NCBI RefSeq assembly: GCF_000143415.4
Contig: NW_003314281.1
Location: 180,417-244,416 of the forward strand
Direction: 5' to 3'
Source: Selaginella moellendorffii
Lineage: Eukaryota > Plantae > Lycopodiophyta
Length of the DNA stretch: 64,000 nt
A program made the translations under genes and the position numbers. This document shows, in pieces, positions 1 through 14,103 of this stretch; the stretch's first letter is position 1; every line of letters starts with the position of its first letter. The notes beneath the pieces were generated by a model. That model saw only the letters and a program-made list of their open reading frames with translations, was not told the DNA's origin and did not search any database.

Positions 1-1980
1 AGGAGGAAGAAAAGGGTGAAGGAGCACAAGCATCCATACCAGAGGAGGCTCCGCCCCCACCAAAGGTGAAAGTTGACAAGGACGATCCATCTTTCAACTT
101 GGAGCTTGGAGAGCTCCAGGAGAGTGTGATCAAGGAACCGAGATTCAAGATGACACTCACGGAGCTCCTGGACGAAGCCAAAGTCGTGCCATTGTCTGTG
201 GAAGGAGACTTGGACGTGATCATCTCTGGAATCCATCACGACTCCCGTCAAGTAAACTCGGGCGACATGTTCGTGTGCTGCATTGGAGAAACATCCGACG
301 GCCATAGCTTCGTTCCTCAAGCAGCCGAGCAGGGAGCCGTGGTTATCGTCGCCACCAAAGAAGTGGAGATCGGTGAGAGCGTCAAGGCAGTGGTGATAGT
401 CAGTGACACGAACTCGATCCTGTCGGCTCTCGCTGGTGCTTTCTATGGACGTCCGTCGGAAAGTTTGGCCGTGGTTGGCATCACAGGTACCAATGGCAAA
501 ACGACTACGTCCTATCTTCTAAGAAGCATCTACGAGTCTATGGGACTAAAGACTGGTTTGATCGGTACCATATCTTACTCCATCCATGGAAAGCACAAGC
601 AAGACGCTCCTCACACTACTCCCGACGCTGTTTATCTCCAGAAGTTGATGGCGACGATGGTTCATAACAGGACGGAGGTCTGCGTGATGGAGGTTTCGTC
701 CCACGCTCTTGCTCAGGACCGGTGCAAGGAAATCGATTTCGACGTTGCGGTGTTTACGAATTTAACTCGGGATCATATGGACTACCACGAGAACGAGGAC
801 AGTTACAAGGAAGCCAAGGGAAAGCTTTTCGCCAGCATGGTCGACCCTGCGAGGCACAGGAAAGTCGTTAACATAGACGATCCAAATGCAGGCTACTTCG
901 TTTCGCTGGGAAATCCGAAAGTGCCAGTGGTTACGTTCGGCATGGAAAAGTCTGCTGATGTGCATCCTCTCGACATCCAACTTACACTGTTCGAGACGAA
1001 CGTTCTCGTCAAGACACCCCGAGGGAACATCGAGATATCGTCAGGCCTTTTGGGAAGACACAACGTGTACAACATTCTCGCGGCTGTTTCAGTGGGGATT
1101 GCTGTTGATGCTCCACTAGAAGATATTGTTCGCGGGATAGAAGAGGTGGACAGCGTTCCCGGAAGGGTCGAACTGGTGGACGAAGAACAGCCCTTCGCCG
1201 TCATCGTTGATTACGCGCACACTCCTGACGCTTTGTCTCGGCTTTTGGACACAGTACGAGAGTGTGGTCCACGGCGAATTATCACAGGTAAATTGTCTGC
1301 GCTGCGGAAAATTGTTTTCTTGTTCTAACTCTTGTGTGTTCTTGCCGTGCAGTTGTTGGCTGTGGAGGAGACAGAGATCGAGGAAAGCGACCAGTGATGG
1401 CTAAAATAGCTGCTGCAAAAAGCGAAGTTTGCATTTTTACTTCTGATAATCCGAGATCCGAGGACCCCCGTAAGTTTGAAGTTGTGCAAAGCGTGAGTTT
1501 GATCCACTTGTCTCTCTTTCTTTTCAACAGTGGAAATTCTGGACGACATGTTGGCTGGTGTCGGATGGTCGATGGACGAATATCTAAAGTGTGGCGAGAG
1601 GAGCTACTATCCTCCCATATGGAACGGCAACAGGGTGTTTGTCTACGATCTCCGAAAGATCGCCGTGCGAGCAGCGGTTGCCATGGGTGAAGAAGGGGAC
1701 GCAGTGGTAAGCATCTACTCGTGTGAATGACGTGAAGTTGTGCGATGGTTCTTCCAGGTTATAGCGGGCAAAGGACACGAGAAGTATCAAATCATCGGCA
1801 AGGAGAGGAAGTATCACGACGACCGTGAAGAATGCAGGGAAGCGCTCTTGCATGTGGACATGCTTCACGCGTCCGGAATCGATACGAGTGAAATCCCATG
1901 GAAGTAAGTTTTGGAACTTTCGAATTCTTGCCTCTAACAATTTTGATTGTGATTCCAGGTTCCCGGGACACAAGCTATAG
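1..1980 (+). CDS. MurE: Plastid MurE homologue (UDP-MurNAc-tripeptide synthetase family), 5' end outside window; exons <1-1287, 1353-1469, 1531-1706, 1758-1903, 1959-1980
   Basis: Motifs [62 protein letters not shown] and IAGKGHE. GT-AG introns join the exons in frame to TAG at 1978-1980. Confidence 0.95.
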
Positions 1981-2697
1981 ACAAGGTATGATTTTTACTT
2001 CGTTTTTCCGGTAAAAATGCAGTTTTGTATAAAGACAACAGCTAAACTATGTTCAAAGAAAGAATGGCAAAGAGATATCCTTTACTTCGATTTTTAGACA
2101 ATATGTCTAAGTTAAAAAATGGTAAAGAGGAAAAATTTTGTGCCAACCTTTACTACAAAAAGAATGTGGAGAGACCATCGTGCTTGCGACATCCTTGAGC
2201 GATCAAGCGTTGTCTTCCCATAGCTGTATTGTATAATCGCTATCATATCCTATCCTAGAATCGAGCGTCGGATGCCTCCCCCACTTGGCAGGAATGCTGC
2301 CGTGCGATGCGAATATCAGCGTCCGGGTAACCGACAGCCGTAAGACAAGCCCGGCTTGGACGGACTGGATCACGCCAGCGAGGTGCTACGCTCGTGGGAA
2401 TAACCGTCCATTGCCGACGCTACGTGGCCACATCACAGCTGTTGGTGCTTAACCCGGGTTAACCCACAGAGTCTCTTCCTTTCCTTTTTCGTTGTTTCTT
2501 GGTAGGGCGCGTTCTAGGGGATCACACCGGCGCCATCGAATTCGTGTCACAGGTGGATAGATCGCGTCCTGGTGCCTTGATCCGTGCGGCGCTGCGGCGA
2601 TCGCCGGTGTCGATCAGGGTTTTCAGGGTTTTCAATCGGGCAATTTCTCTTCCCCGGGCCTCTACTGCTATGAGATCCTAGGGTCACCAGATTCGGG

Positions 2698-4971
<2,274 letters not shown>

Positions 4972-5695
4972 CCGGAGAGAGAGAGTGGTGAGAGGGAGGT
5001 GTGAGAGAGAGAGCTTGAGTTCTAGCAGTGAGGGGGCGCGGGGGTTCTTCGTGGTTTTTTTTTCTCTCTTCTTTCGTTTTTTTCTTCGTTGGGTGTTGTG
5101 GAACTCTCCCTCGCTCCCTCGCTCTCTCTCGGCGTATCTATCTTCCATCTTTCATCGCGATGGAGGCTGGCATGCGATGAGGAATAAGAGATGTCTCCAT
5201 GGTTTGCTTTTGCTTTTGCTTTTACTTTCGACTGGTTTTGTTTTTGTCTTGCTTTTCTATCGTTGGTTTCTTGACTCCCATCGAGTGTGAGTGTTCCCTT
5301 CCTTCTCTCCCGAGTGTTACTGACTCTCTCGAGTGGACTTTTGCAGGGTCGCGATTTGAGCTATGGAAACTTTGGAAATAAGTCTGGTTCCTTCCGCGGT
5401 GGTGGCGCCAAGGAGTAAAAGCACAGTATAAGCGCAAGAGCGAGCAGCAGCAGCAGCGATCGATCGATCGATCAGTCATCAAAAAATCTCAGCAGCTCCG
5501 AGAAGGACGACCACGAGAAAAAAAGAGAAAGAACCCGACCAAGAGAAACACTGGGAACGTACCACTGGGCTGCTGCTACGCTAAGAAAGCTATACAACCT
5601 CACAAACCAAGCCAGTGTACAAACAGGAACTCAAAGCTTGCTCTGGGTAAATAAGCTATCGATTTTCATGAAATTTTCATGATACTATCAGCGGG

Positions 5696-6030
5696 GTACT
5701 CATGTAAGGTAGGCTGTGGAGTATTCTCTGCGAAATTCCGTACCACTATGTACGGCAGGCCATGGAATATTCTCTGCTCAAAGAGACAAACCCTAATATA
5801 TCTCCTTTAGGTGGTTTTGTTTCTACGCTGCGCTGAATGAGACAAACCGTGGCTTTCAATCTTTTCTCCTCGTTTCGGACAACACCGCCCACTACCCAGA
5901 AGTCAATTCCCGGGCCAGGGTATATTCCATATGCCCGTACGCTCCGTACGGAAAATGTCAACACATGGAGCATATGCGCATATTCCCCGGCGCGCCGTAC
6001 ATGGCGCCATCACGTCCGCCCGTACGCCAG
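5696..6030. promoter_or_regulatory. Cluster of P1BS (GNATATNC) and (CC)GTAC motifs upstream of the NAL1-like gene
   Basis: P1BS matches at 5765-5772, 5920-5927, 5970-5977 and 5978-5985. About seven GTAC cores, mostly in a CCGTAC/GTACGG context. Confidence 0.5.
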
Positions 6031-6350
6031 GTGTTGTAAATACGGCGTCCTCGAGTAGGATACCGGGGGATCTCTTCTGCGGCGTTTTGGCGTATAGGCC
6101 GCGGCGTTTGTGGGCGCCCAGAACACTCGCCGGGTCAGTGTTTTGGTGTCGGTCCTCTCTTTTTTTTTTCCTCTCCTCCGAGGGAAAGAGAGCTTGGTTA
6201 TGGCGAGCGCGCCGCGGCGCGCCCTAGCTAGCTACATTTGGATCCGCATGGCAGTGGGGCAGCGCTCGTGAGCTCCCCCTCTTCTTGTTCCTCCTCTTCA
6301 CCCCATTCCTCTTCTCGCCATAGCTGGATTCTCGATCTCCGGGCACACAG

Positions 6351-9300
6351 ATGCAGAGCCTTCGCAAAGATCGCGCCCGAAATATCGATCATTCCGGCCG
6401 CAAGGAGGCGAGCGATGAGGCGAGGGCCGAGGAGGACGCCGAGGACGCCGGATGCGTGGTTCTTGAGGAAGATCCCGAGGAGGAAGAGGAGGATGTGTCG
6501 CCGGCGGTGAGCGAGGCGACGCAGCTGCCGGCTTGCGAGGTGGAGCTGGGCGGCGGCGAGCAGGAGGAGCTCGGGAGTGGAATCAACAGCGGCGGCAGCG
6601 GCCCTAGCATGGGATTTCCCTACTTCGTCCAGAAGAAGGTCTCGTTTCGGACGCAGGAGCTCATCCACTGGGATAGGTAAGCGCGTTTTCGATCCGCCAC
6701 TCCTCCTCCTCCTCCTCCTCCGCGCATTGCATTCATTCTGATCGTCTTGATCCGGCCTCGCGATATTTCGTGCCCTTGCATTGATTCATTGCTCGCGTGC
6801 GTGTTCTTGCTTCCTGGATGGATCACAGTGCTTTCCAATTTGGGAAATATCGTTTCAATCCTTTCTGGGACAATGCTGCATTAGATATTTTTTTTTTTTT
6901 TTGTTGGTACGCTGTGGCTGTGTGTGTGTGTTTGGAATCATTTGTTTTTTTTTTTTTGCTCCTCCCTGTGTTTTTTTTTTTCGGGTGCTTTGCTTTTGGG
7001 TCGTGCCTTGATCATGTTGACGAGTGTGCGGAAGTTTTGGGCTGCTGTGGGTGTTTAGACGTTTCTTCGTTCTTCCCATGATCATGGGTTTTTGTTGTTC
7101 TTCTCGTCGTTAAGATGATCATGGGTTTCTCCGTCTTCCATTTTCGATGATCGTGGATTTCTGTTTTTGTTCTTTCCATCGTTAAGATGATCATGGGTCT
7201 TTCCTTCTTTGATATTCCACTGCGGTAACAAGAGTACAGACGGAATTGCAGGCCCAGCGAGGAGATGGACATCACGCGAATGCTGCGAGCAACACGGCCA
7301 GCTTTGTTGGGCGGCGAAGAGCGCCAGAACAAGGACTGGACTTACTACCCCGGTAGCACTTCCAGGCATCCACGGTCCGAGAGCCCGCCTCTCCAGGCGG
7401 TGGCCTCCGGCGGCCAGCATTCGGAGAGCAGTGCTGCCTACGTCCTCTGGCCGCCGGCTCGGATAAATGGAACCGCGGAGGAGCGAGCCGCTTATTTTAG
7501 TGGGCTTCAGAAAGATGCGGAGATGGACACGCAGCAGCGGGTACCCAGCGGCCAGCAAGCCTCCACTCTGCTAGATTTGATGACCATTCGGGCCTTCCAC
7601 AGTAAAGTTTTACGCCGCTACAGCCTTGGAACAGCGCTCGGGTTCCGGACGCGGGCTGGGGTGCTGACCAACATCCCGGCTATCATTGTCTTTGTGGCTC
7701 GCAAGGTCCACAAGCAATGGCTTCTCGACGTTCAGAGACTGCCGACTGCTCTCGAGGTAACTAGTGCATGTAAAACCGCTCTCGGCTTCTTAACTCGCTG
7801 GTGAAGTAACAGTTTCTCTACTCAGGGGCCTGGGGGAGTTTGGTGTGATGTAGATGTGGTTGAATTCTCGTACTATGGCGCTTCGACCGTGACACCAAAG
7901 GAGCAAATTTACTCCGAGCTGGTCGAAGGGTTGCGTGGTAACGATCCGTGCATTGGCTCCGGATCACAGGTATGGACTGAGCTTTATTGCGTCCCTGACT
8001 TTGAACTACCTACAACAGGTAGCAAGTCAAGAGACTTATGGTACGCTAGGTGCTATAGTTCGAAGTCAGACGGGTGCAAGGCAAGTTGGTTTCCTCACAA
8101 ACAGGCACGTAGCTGTCGACTTAGATTACCCAAACCAAAAGATGTTTCATCCTCTGCCGCCAAACCTTGGGCCAGGGGTATACCTCGGCGCAGTAGAAAG
8201 GGCGACGTCCTTCATCACCGACGATCTGTGGTATGGCATTTTCGCTGGCATGAATCCAGGTGAGCTTTGTTGATGAACTCCGTTTGAAAGCTTGAAGCAC
8301 TTACGTTTTGTTGTTCTTGATTTCCGCTGCTCTAGAGACGTTTGTGCGAGCGGACGGGGCTTTCATTCCGTTTGCGGAATCATTTGATACAAGCAAAGTG
8401 TCGGTCAGAGTTCACAGCCTGGGGGAGCTGGGGGAAGTTTTCCGAGTGGATCTCCAGGCACCAATCGAGTCCATTGTGGGGCAACACGTGGTCAAGGTGG
8501 GGAGGAGCTCCGGGCTTACAAAAGGCATTATCATGGCGTATGCGGTCGAATACAATGATGAGAAAGGCATCTGCTTTTTCACGGACTTTCTTATCGTGGG
8601 GGAGAACAAGCAGGCATTCGATCTAGAAGGGGACAGTGGCAGCTTAATATCCATGACGTGGGAACGGTGTGAGAATCCCAGGCCAGTGGGAATCATCTGG
8701 GGTGGCACAGCAAACAGGGGGCGTTTGAAGCTGCGAAGCGGGCACGGGCCCGAGAACTGGACAAGTGGCGTCGACTTGGGCCGTTTGCTTGACTTGCTAC
8801 AACTGGACTTGATAACCACCGAGACGTCCTTGCAAGGTGACATTTTTCCAGAAGAAAAGGAAGTTTTTGTTCCTCTCGCTGGTGTTCTTACGTTTTTACG
8901 TGTTTGCGGCACAGACGCTCTGGAAGAACAACGGCGGTGGGGGTCATCAATCGCGGTGGGAGCGACCGGGGTGCCAGACGCGTCTCCAAAGGATTACTCC
9001 AAGATGGATATGATGCTGGCACCGCACGAGAGGTTTCGTTCTTCGGGGACTTTGATCGAGCCGGGCTCGTCACAGGGACCGGTGGAGTTGGGAGCAGCAG
9101 CGCCAAGGCATTCTCCGGTAGCTCTCTCTCGGCACGCTGCTCCTCTAGCGTCCAAAGCTAACAAGAGCATCGATCTCCAGATACGGCTGCCGGTTCCTCC
9201 CTTTGAGATCGGGCTGGCGTTGGCATCAACTTCTCCACCGGAAGGTGGCGATGGTGGAGGATCGTCGGCAGGGGGAGGAGCCACGGGAGGAACAGGATGG

Positions 9301-9396
9301 GGGGATCCCAAGAAGAACTTAAGCGAGGATGTCTCCTTGAACTTGAATCTCTTCGATCGTGATCCCAAGAGGCGACGCTCTGGCCCGAGTCCGTGA
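6351..9396 (+). CDS. NAL1-like: NARROW LEAF 1-like trypsin-family serine protease; probable first exon 6351 (or 6609)-6676 spliced to 7252; alternative start ATG 7265
   Basis: LLDLMTIRAFHSKVLRRYSLGTALG, GFLTNRHVAVDLDYPNQKMFHPLPP, FVRADGAFIPF, FDLEGDSGS and IIWGGTANRGRLKL. The His/Asp/Ser triad motifs are intact. The 5' exon assignment is inferred from the splice sites. Confidence 0.88.
7076..7210. repeat. Degenerate tandem repeat (TCGTTAAGATGATCATGGGT core) inside NAL1-like intron 1
   Basis: ATGATC(A/G)TGG(G/A)T recurs four times. TCGTTAAGATGATCATGGGT occurs exactly twice. Confidence 0.7.
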
Positions 9397-9776
9397 TCGA
9401 TCGAGATACGATACCAAAGGGAAAGAATGCATTGGATTAGATCATCTGGAAGAACTTCTATGAGCTAGAAGAACTTCTCCCCGAGAATTCTCTGTGGCAT
9501 TATTTTTTTTAGGATGGGAAAAGAGAGTAGTTTATAGCAAAGGTGGAATTGTTTGGACCGTGGATGGGAAGGGACGGTGGAGCGTGTCCTTGGGCGTGTT
9601 ATTTAAATGCTAGGGACACCGGGACATTTGCACTGGGGCTTTGCCAAGGACACCACATTGAGCTCTCCGTTTGCATGCTCTTTGGTGTGTGTTTGTATAT
9701 GCGCGTCTAGGTTTTCCTTGGCAGCGGCTCCGCGATCGATCGAGCAGCTCCCGGGATTTCGCGCTTCGATCCAGCA

Positions 9777-11611
9777 ATGGCGTCGCTGATTGCAGGTAGT
9801 GGAATGCTCGCGGTCGCGCGCGGCACCTCGTCCACGTCCGTCGCTTCGCTCGTCGCTCCCGATGCTGCCAGATCCGTCGTCTCCTTCAATGCCAGGCCTT
9901 TCGAGAGGAGCGGTGCGCTCTCGGCACTGAAAAGCAGCGGATTTTGCAGCTCCAGTGTGAGGAATAGTGCTAAGAGCGGTGTCGTCATGGCGTCGGCGGG
10001 ATCGAATGGAACGGGGGCTGGAGTTCCGGGACTGGCTATCGATCTTACGGGTATTTCTTCTTTCATGCGTGCATTGTAGATTTTCCTTTTGTTGCTCGTG
10101 TTTCTGTCGCATGCAGGGAAGAGGGCATTTATCGCTGGAGTGGCCGATGATCAAGGATATGGATGGGCGATTGCCAAAACGCTTGCTTCTGCCGGGGCTG
10201 AAATTCTCGTGGGAACCTGGGTTCCGGTAATTCATGTGTTTAGTCTCTTTCAACTGTTGGGTGCTAACTTTTCTATTCTTTTAGGCTCTCAATATCTTTG
10301 AAACCAGCTTGAGGAGAGGAAAATTCGATGAGTCGAGACAGTAAGTTTTTGCGTTTTCTTTTTTTTCTTTTTTTTCTTTTTTTTTTAGAAGTAGTGACAC
10401 TTTTCCGGTTTTTAGATTGCCAAATGGATCCTTGTTCGAGATCTCGAAAGTGTACCCCCTGGATGCAGTTTTTGACTGCCCTGAAGACGTTCCGGAAGAC
10501 GTGAGTTGTTATTTTAATTGCTGCCATGATAGCTGTTTATTCTACCTTGTGGCATGCACCAGATAAAAAACAACAAGAGATATGCCGGAGCTTCTGCCTG
10601 GACCGTCACGGTACGAAAAAGCTTTATTGCTTGAATCGAAGCGATTTTGTTCTCGCATTGTTGCGGCCTGCAGGAAGTGGTGGACAGCGTGAAAAAAGAC
10701 TTTGGCAGCATTGATATTCTCGTTCATTCTCTTGCGAATGGTCCAGAAGTAAGAGATTCAGATTCCTCTAATCCTGATCGTCGATTTCTTTTGTTCATCT
10801 TGGTTCCTTGTTTCGATCTCAGGTGTCGAAGCCTCTTCTAGAGACTTCGAGGAAAGGATACCTCGCGGCTAGCTCCGCATCAGCGTATTCACATGTCTCT
10901 CTCCTCAGACATTTTGCTCCAATTATGAATCAAGGCAAGTGTTTTCCTTTCTTGCAGATTTCCAATCGTTTTTTTATCATTATAGGCGGCTCAGTCATTT
11001 CTTTGACGTACATGGCATCTGAAAAAACCATTCCCGGGTATCTACACTACCGTTGTCTTTGGTTTCTTCTTTCTTTGGCTCGACTGCGCATAATGTGGTG
11101 ACATGTAACAGTTACGGTGGAGGGATGAGCTCGGCCAAGGCAGCTCTAGAAAGTGACACACGGGTTCTCGCGTTCGAAGCCGGAAGGAAATACAAGATCA
11201 GGGTCAACACAATCTCAGCAGGTAAAATCTTACAAATCTATCAAAGCTGTGGCTCATGCATGACATGCTTTTTCAGGTCCCTTGAAAAGCAGAGCTGCCA
11301 AGGCAATCGGATTCATTGAGAAGATGATCGATTACTCCAAGGCAAATTCTCCCCTGCAAAGAGATCTCGAAGCTGGTACGTTCAAAACTTTGGCTTGGCT
11401 TGCTTGGTTTGCTTACTTCGCTATATACTCTTTTCGCACAGATGATATTGGAAACGCAGCCACTTTCCTCGCCTCGCCACTGGCGTCGGCCATCTCCGGA
11501 ACCGTGTTCTACGTAGACAATGGGCTTCACACAATGGGAATGGCGCTCGACAGCCGAGCTCTTGGCGAGATCCAAGAGGCAGCGGCTCCCGCCGAGAAGG
11601 TATCCGCGTAG
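9777..11611 (+). CDS. ENR: Plastid enoyl-[ACP] reductase (FabI/MOD1), multi-exon, with transit peptide
   Basis: Ser/Ala-rich N-terminus, then [58 protein letters not shown] and VFYVDNG. TAG at 11609-11611. Confidence 0.95.
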
Positions 11612-12123
11612 GCGATATGATCTTCGTTTACGCTCTCGCTCCAAAATAACTCTAGCTTCTATCATTATAACACGCGACAGTTTTGTTCTTTCACTTGCTC
11701 GAGATAATCAATCAAAAGGGCAGAATTTTTGTTCTATAGTTCTATCAAAGAGAGAAGAAACTAGCTTCACAGATTGATATTCCGTGTAGAGCACTCGCTC
11801 TTTGACCATTTGCGTCTGGTTTGCGCAGGCGTGGCATCCCGGCACGGCCTTCCAAGCGTTGCAGACGATGAGATGGGTAACCCGAAGTAGCCGAGGACTT
11901 GAAGGACTCGAATCGCAGTATGGATCACTCTCTAGCTGATGAAAATGCGTGGACACCAAAAACATCATCACAAACACGTAAAAAACAGCCATTTGATATC
12001 AATCTATCCTCTCTGAGATCTCGAAATCTCCACAATATGCTTTTAAGCTGTCATCAAAAGAAAAGAACAATAAGTTAGCTTCTACAAAGAACTGTAACCA
12101 AATGTAAAACCTAAAATAATTTT

Positions 12124-12208
12124 TGGGGTGAGAGAGGCTCGAACTCTCGACCTCAGGATAACTCAGAAGCTATGAGACCTACGCGCTAGCCAACTGCGCC
12201 ACCACCCC
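12124..12208 (-). tRNA. tRNA-Met: tRNA-Met(CAU), elongator, with 11-nt intron (12160-12170)
   Basis: Minus strand reads GGGGTGGTGGCGCAGTTGGCTAGCGCGTAGGTCTCATA[GCTTCTGAGTT]ATCCTGAGGTCGAGAGTTCGAGCCTCTCTCACCCCA. It forms a cloverleaf with the intron at the canonical 37/38 position, an upstream CAA and a downstream T-run. Confidence 0.97.
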
Positions 12209-12611
12209 AATTGTGAGTAACTGTGATATTTTCTTTTCATGAACTGGGAAAGATGACACTGCGAGGAAGGAAAAGAAAGTGGTCACGCTCTTTCCATTTT
12301 CTTTAGCTGGGTATCGTCGAGGTGGATTTAGGTCGAGCGAGAGCGCTTTGAAAGAGCCATGACAAAATCCGGTAGCCGCGAGGCAGCTCCTGGTAAAATC
12401 AAAGCTTAGTTTTTGTGTTATAGTCTAGCATACATTTGTCGTTGCAACAACAGCAGCTTTAAATCCATCGACAAGGAGTGGTGCTTGTGATCTTGCCGCA
12501 AGCGCCGACTGTGAATCGGATGATCCATGGGTGAGCTCGAAAGTTTCAAACACACAAGAAAAAATCTCTCTTTTCTTTGATCCTCTCTTTTGGATTTGTT
12601 TGTTAGGAAGA

Positions 12612-13953
12612 ATGGCAATGGCTGGCGGAGCTCTTGCCTTGGCTTTCCTTGCTCTGCTCTCCAGAGGCTCGTGCCAGAATGACTCGCAAACTCCCGCATT
12701 GTTCGTGTTTGGAGACTCGCTGGTGGACGCCGGGAACAACAACTACTTGAACACTTTCTCCCGGGCAAACTTCCCACCTTTCGGGATCAACTTCGACCAG
12801 CACCGAGCTACTGGCCGATTCACTGACGGGAGGCTCATACCCGACTACATAGGTGATGGTGAATTCATCGTTTTTCCACAAGAAAAATCTGATTTTTTCC
12901 TCTCTGAAGCTTCGTTTTTGAATCTTCCATTCCCTCCTCCTTACCTGGGAGCTGGAGGAAACGTCATTCAAGGAGCAAACTTTGGATCCGGAGGCGCAGG
13001 GATCCACAACAGTACTGGCGCTGGCATGGTGACATCTTTATGCAATTCCGTCATCTTTGCGTGACGAATGGTTTTATATTCTTTTTTCTTCCAGGGAGAT
13101 CACGCTCCCTTGTATAGACAAATCGAGTACTTCCGGGAGGCAAAGGAAGCGCTGGACTCGTCACTGGGAGCTTACAACTCGTCCCTGCTCGTCTCCAAGT
13201 CCATCTTCTACATCTCCATTGGCAACAACGACTTCGCAAACAATTACTACAGGAACCCCACGCTCCAGAGAAACTACACTCTCGACCAGTTCGAGGACCT
13301 CCTCATCTCCATCCTTCGTCGCCAGATCAAAGTCAGTGACACTCTCTCATGCTCCTTCTTTCACCTTTTCTAGAGAGCTTTGATGTTACAACTCTATGAT
13401 CCATCCAGGAACTCTATGGCTTGAACGCTCGCAAGTTCGTCATCTCTTCGGTGGCCGCGCTGGGATGCAATCCAATGTCGCTCTACATCTACAGGCTCGA
13501 GACGCCCGGGCAGTGCGCCAGTGACTACGACGGTGCCGCGCGAAGCTACAACCGCAAACTCCACGCCATGGTGGAGGAGCTCCGCCTCACGCTCATCGAG
13601 AGTCATATGGTTTACGCCAATCTCTACGAGATCATGACCGCAACCATCAAAAACGGCACTGCTCACGGTAAGAATCTCCATCTCTCACGCAAAGTTCTTC
13701 GCGGAAAAACCATTTTTTATCTTCGCTTTTGCAAGGATTCTCGAATGTCAACACGCCGTGCTGTCCTTTCGGGAGCTACTTTGAGTGTTTCATGTTTGCT
13801 CCGACTTGCACCAACGCGTCCGAGCACGTTTTCTGGGATTTGTTCCACCCGACCGGAAGATTCAACCACTTGGCTGCGCGGAGATTTTGGTTCGCTGCTC
13901 CAAATGGCTCCGATGTGTGGCCTTTCAACATCCACCACCTCTCCAAACTTTAG
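12612..13953 (+). CDS. Secreted GDSL esterase/lipase, 5 exons
   Basis: Signal-peptide-like N-terminus, FGDSLVDAGNNN, TGRFTDG, GANFGSGGAGI, IGNNDF and FWDLFHPT (catalytic DxxH). Confidence 0.93.
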
Positions 13954-14103
13954 AGGATCTTGTCCACCATATTGAGCAAAGATAAAAACCATCTTTTTCT
14001 TACAGAAAAAATGTTTGTTTGATTGGTTTTCCTGTACACTAATCTCAACTATGTGTGGAACTCGTAGTGTCTGTGAGTAAAACTCTTTACGGGCTTGATC
14101 TCG

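Noticed and set aside
4975-5135. Possible miRNA hairpin between GA-rich and CT-rich tracts
   Set aside because: The pairing is low-complexity and no known mature miRNA was recognised.
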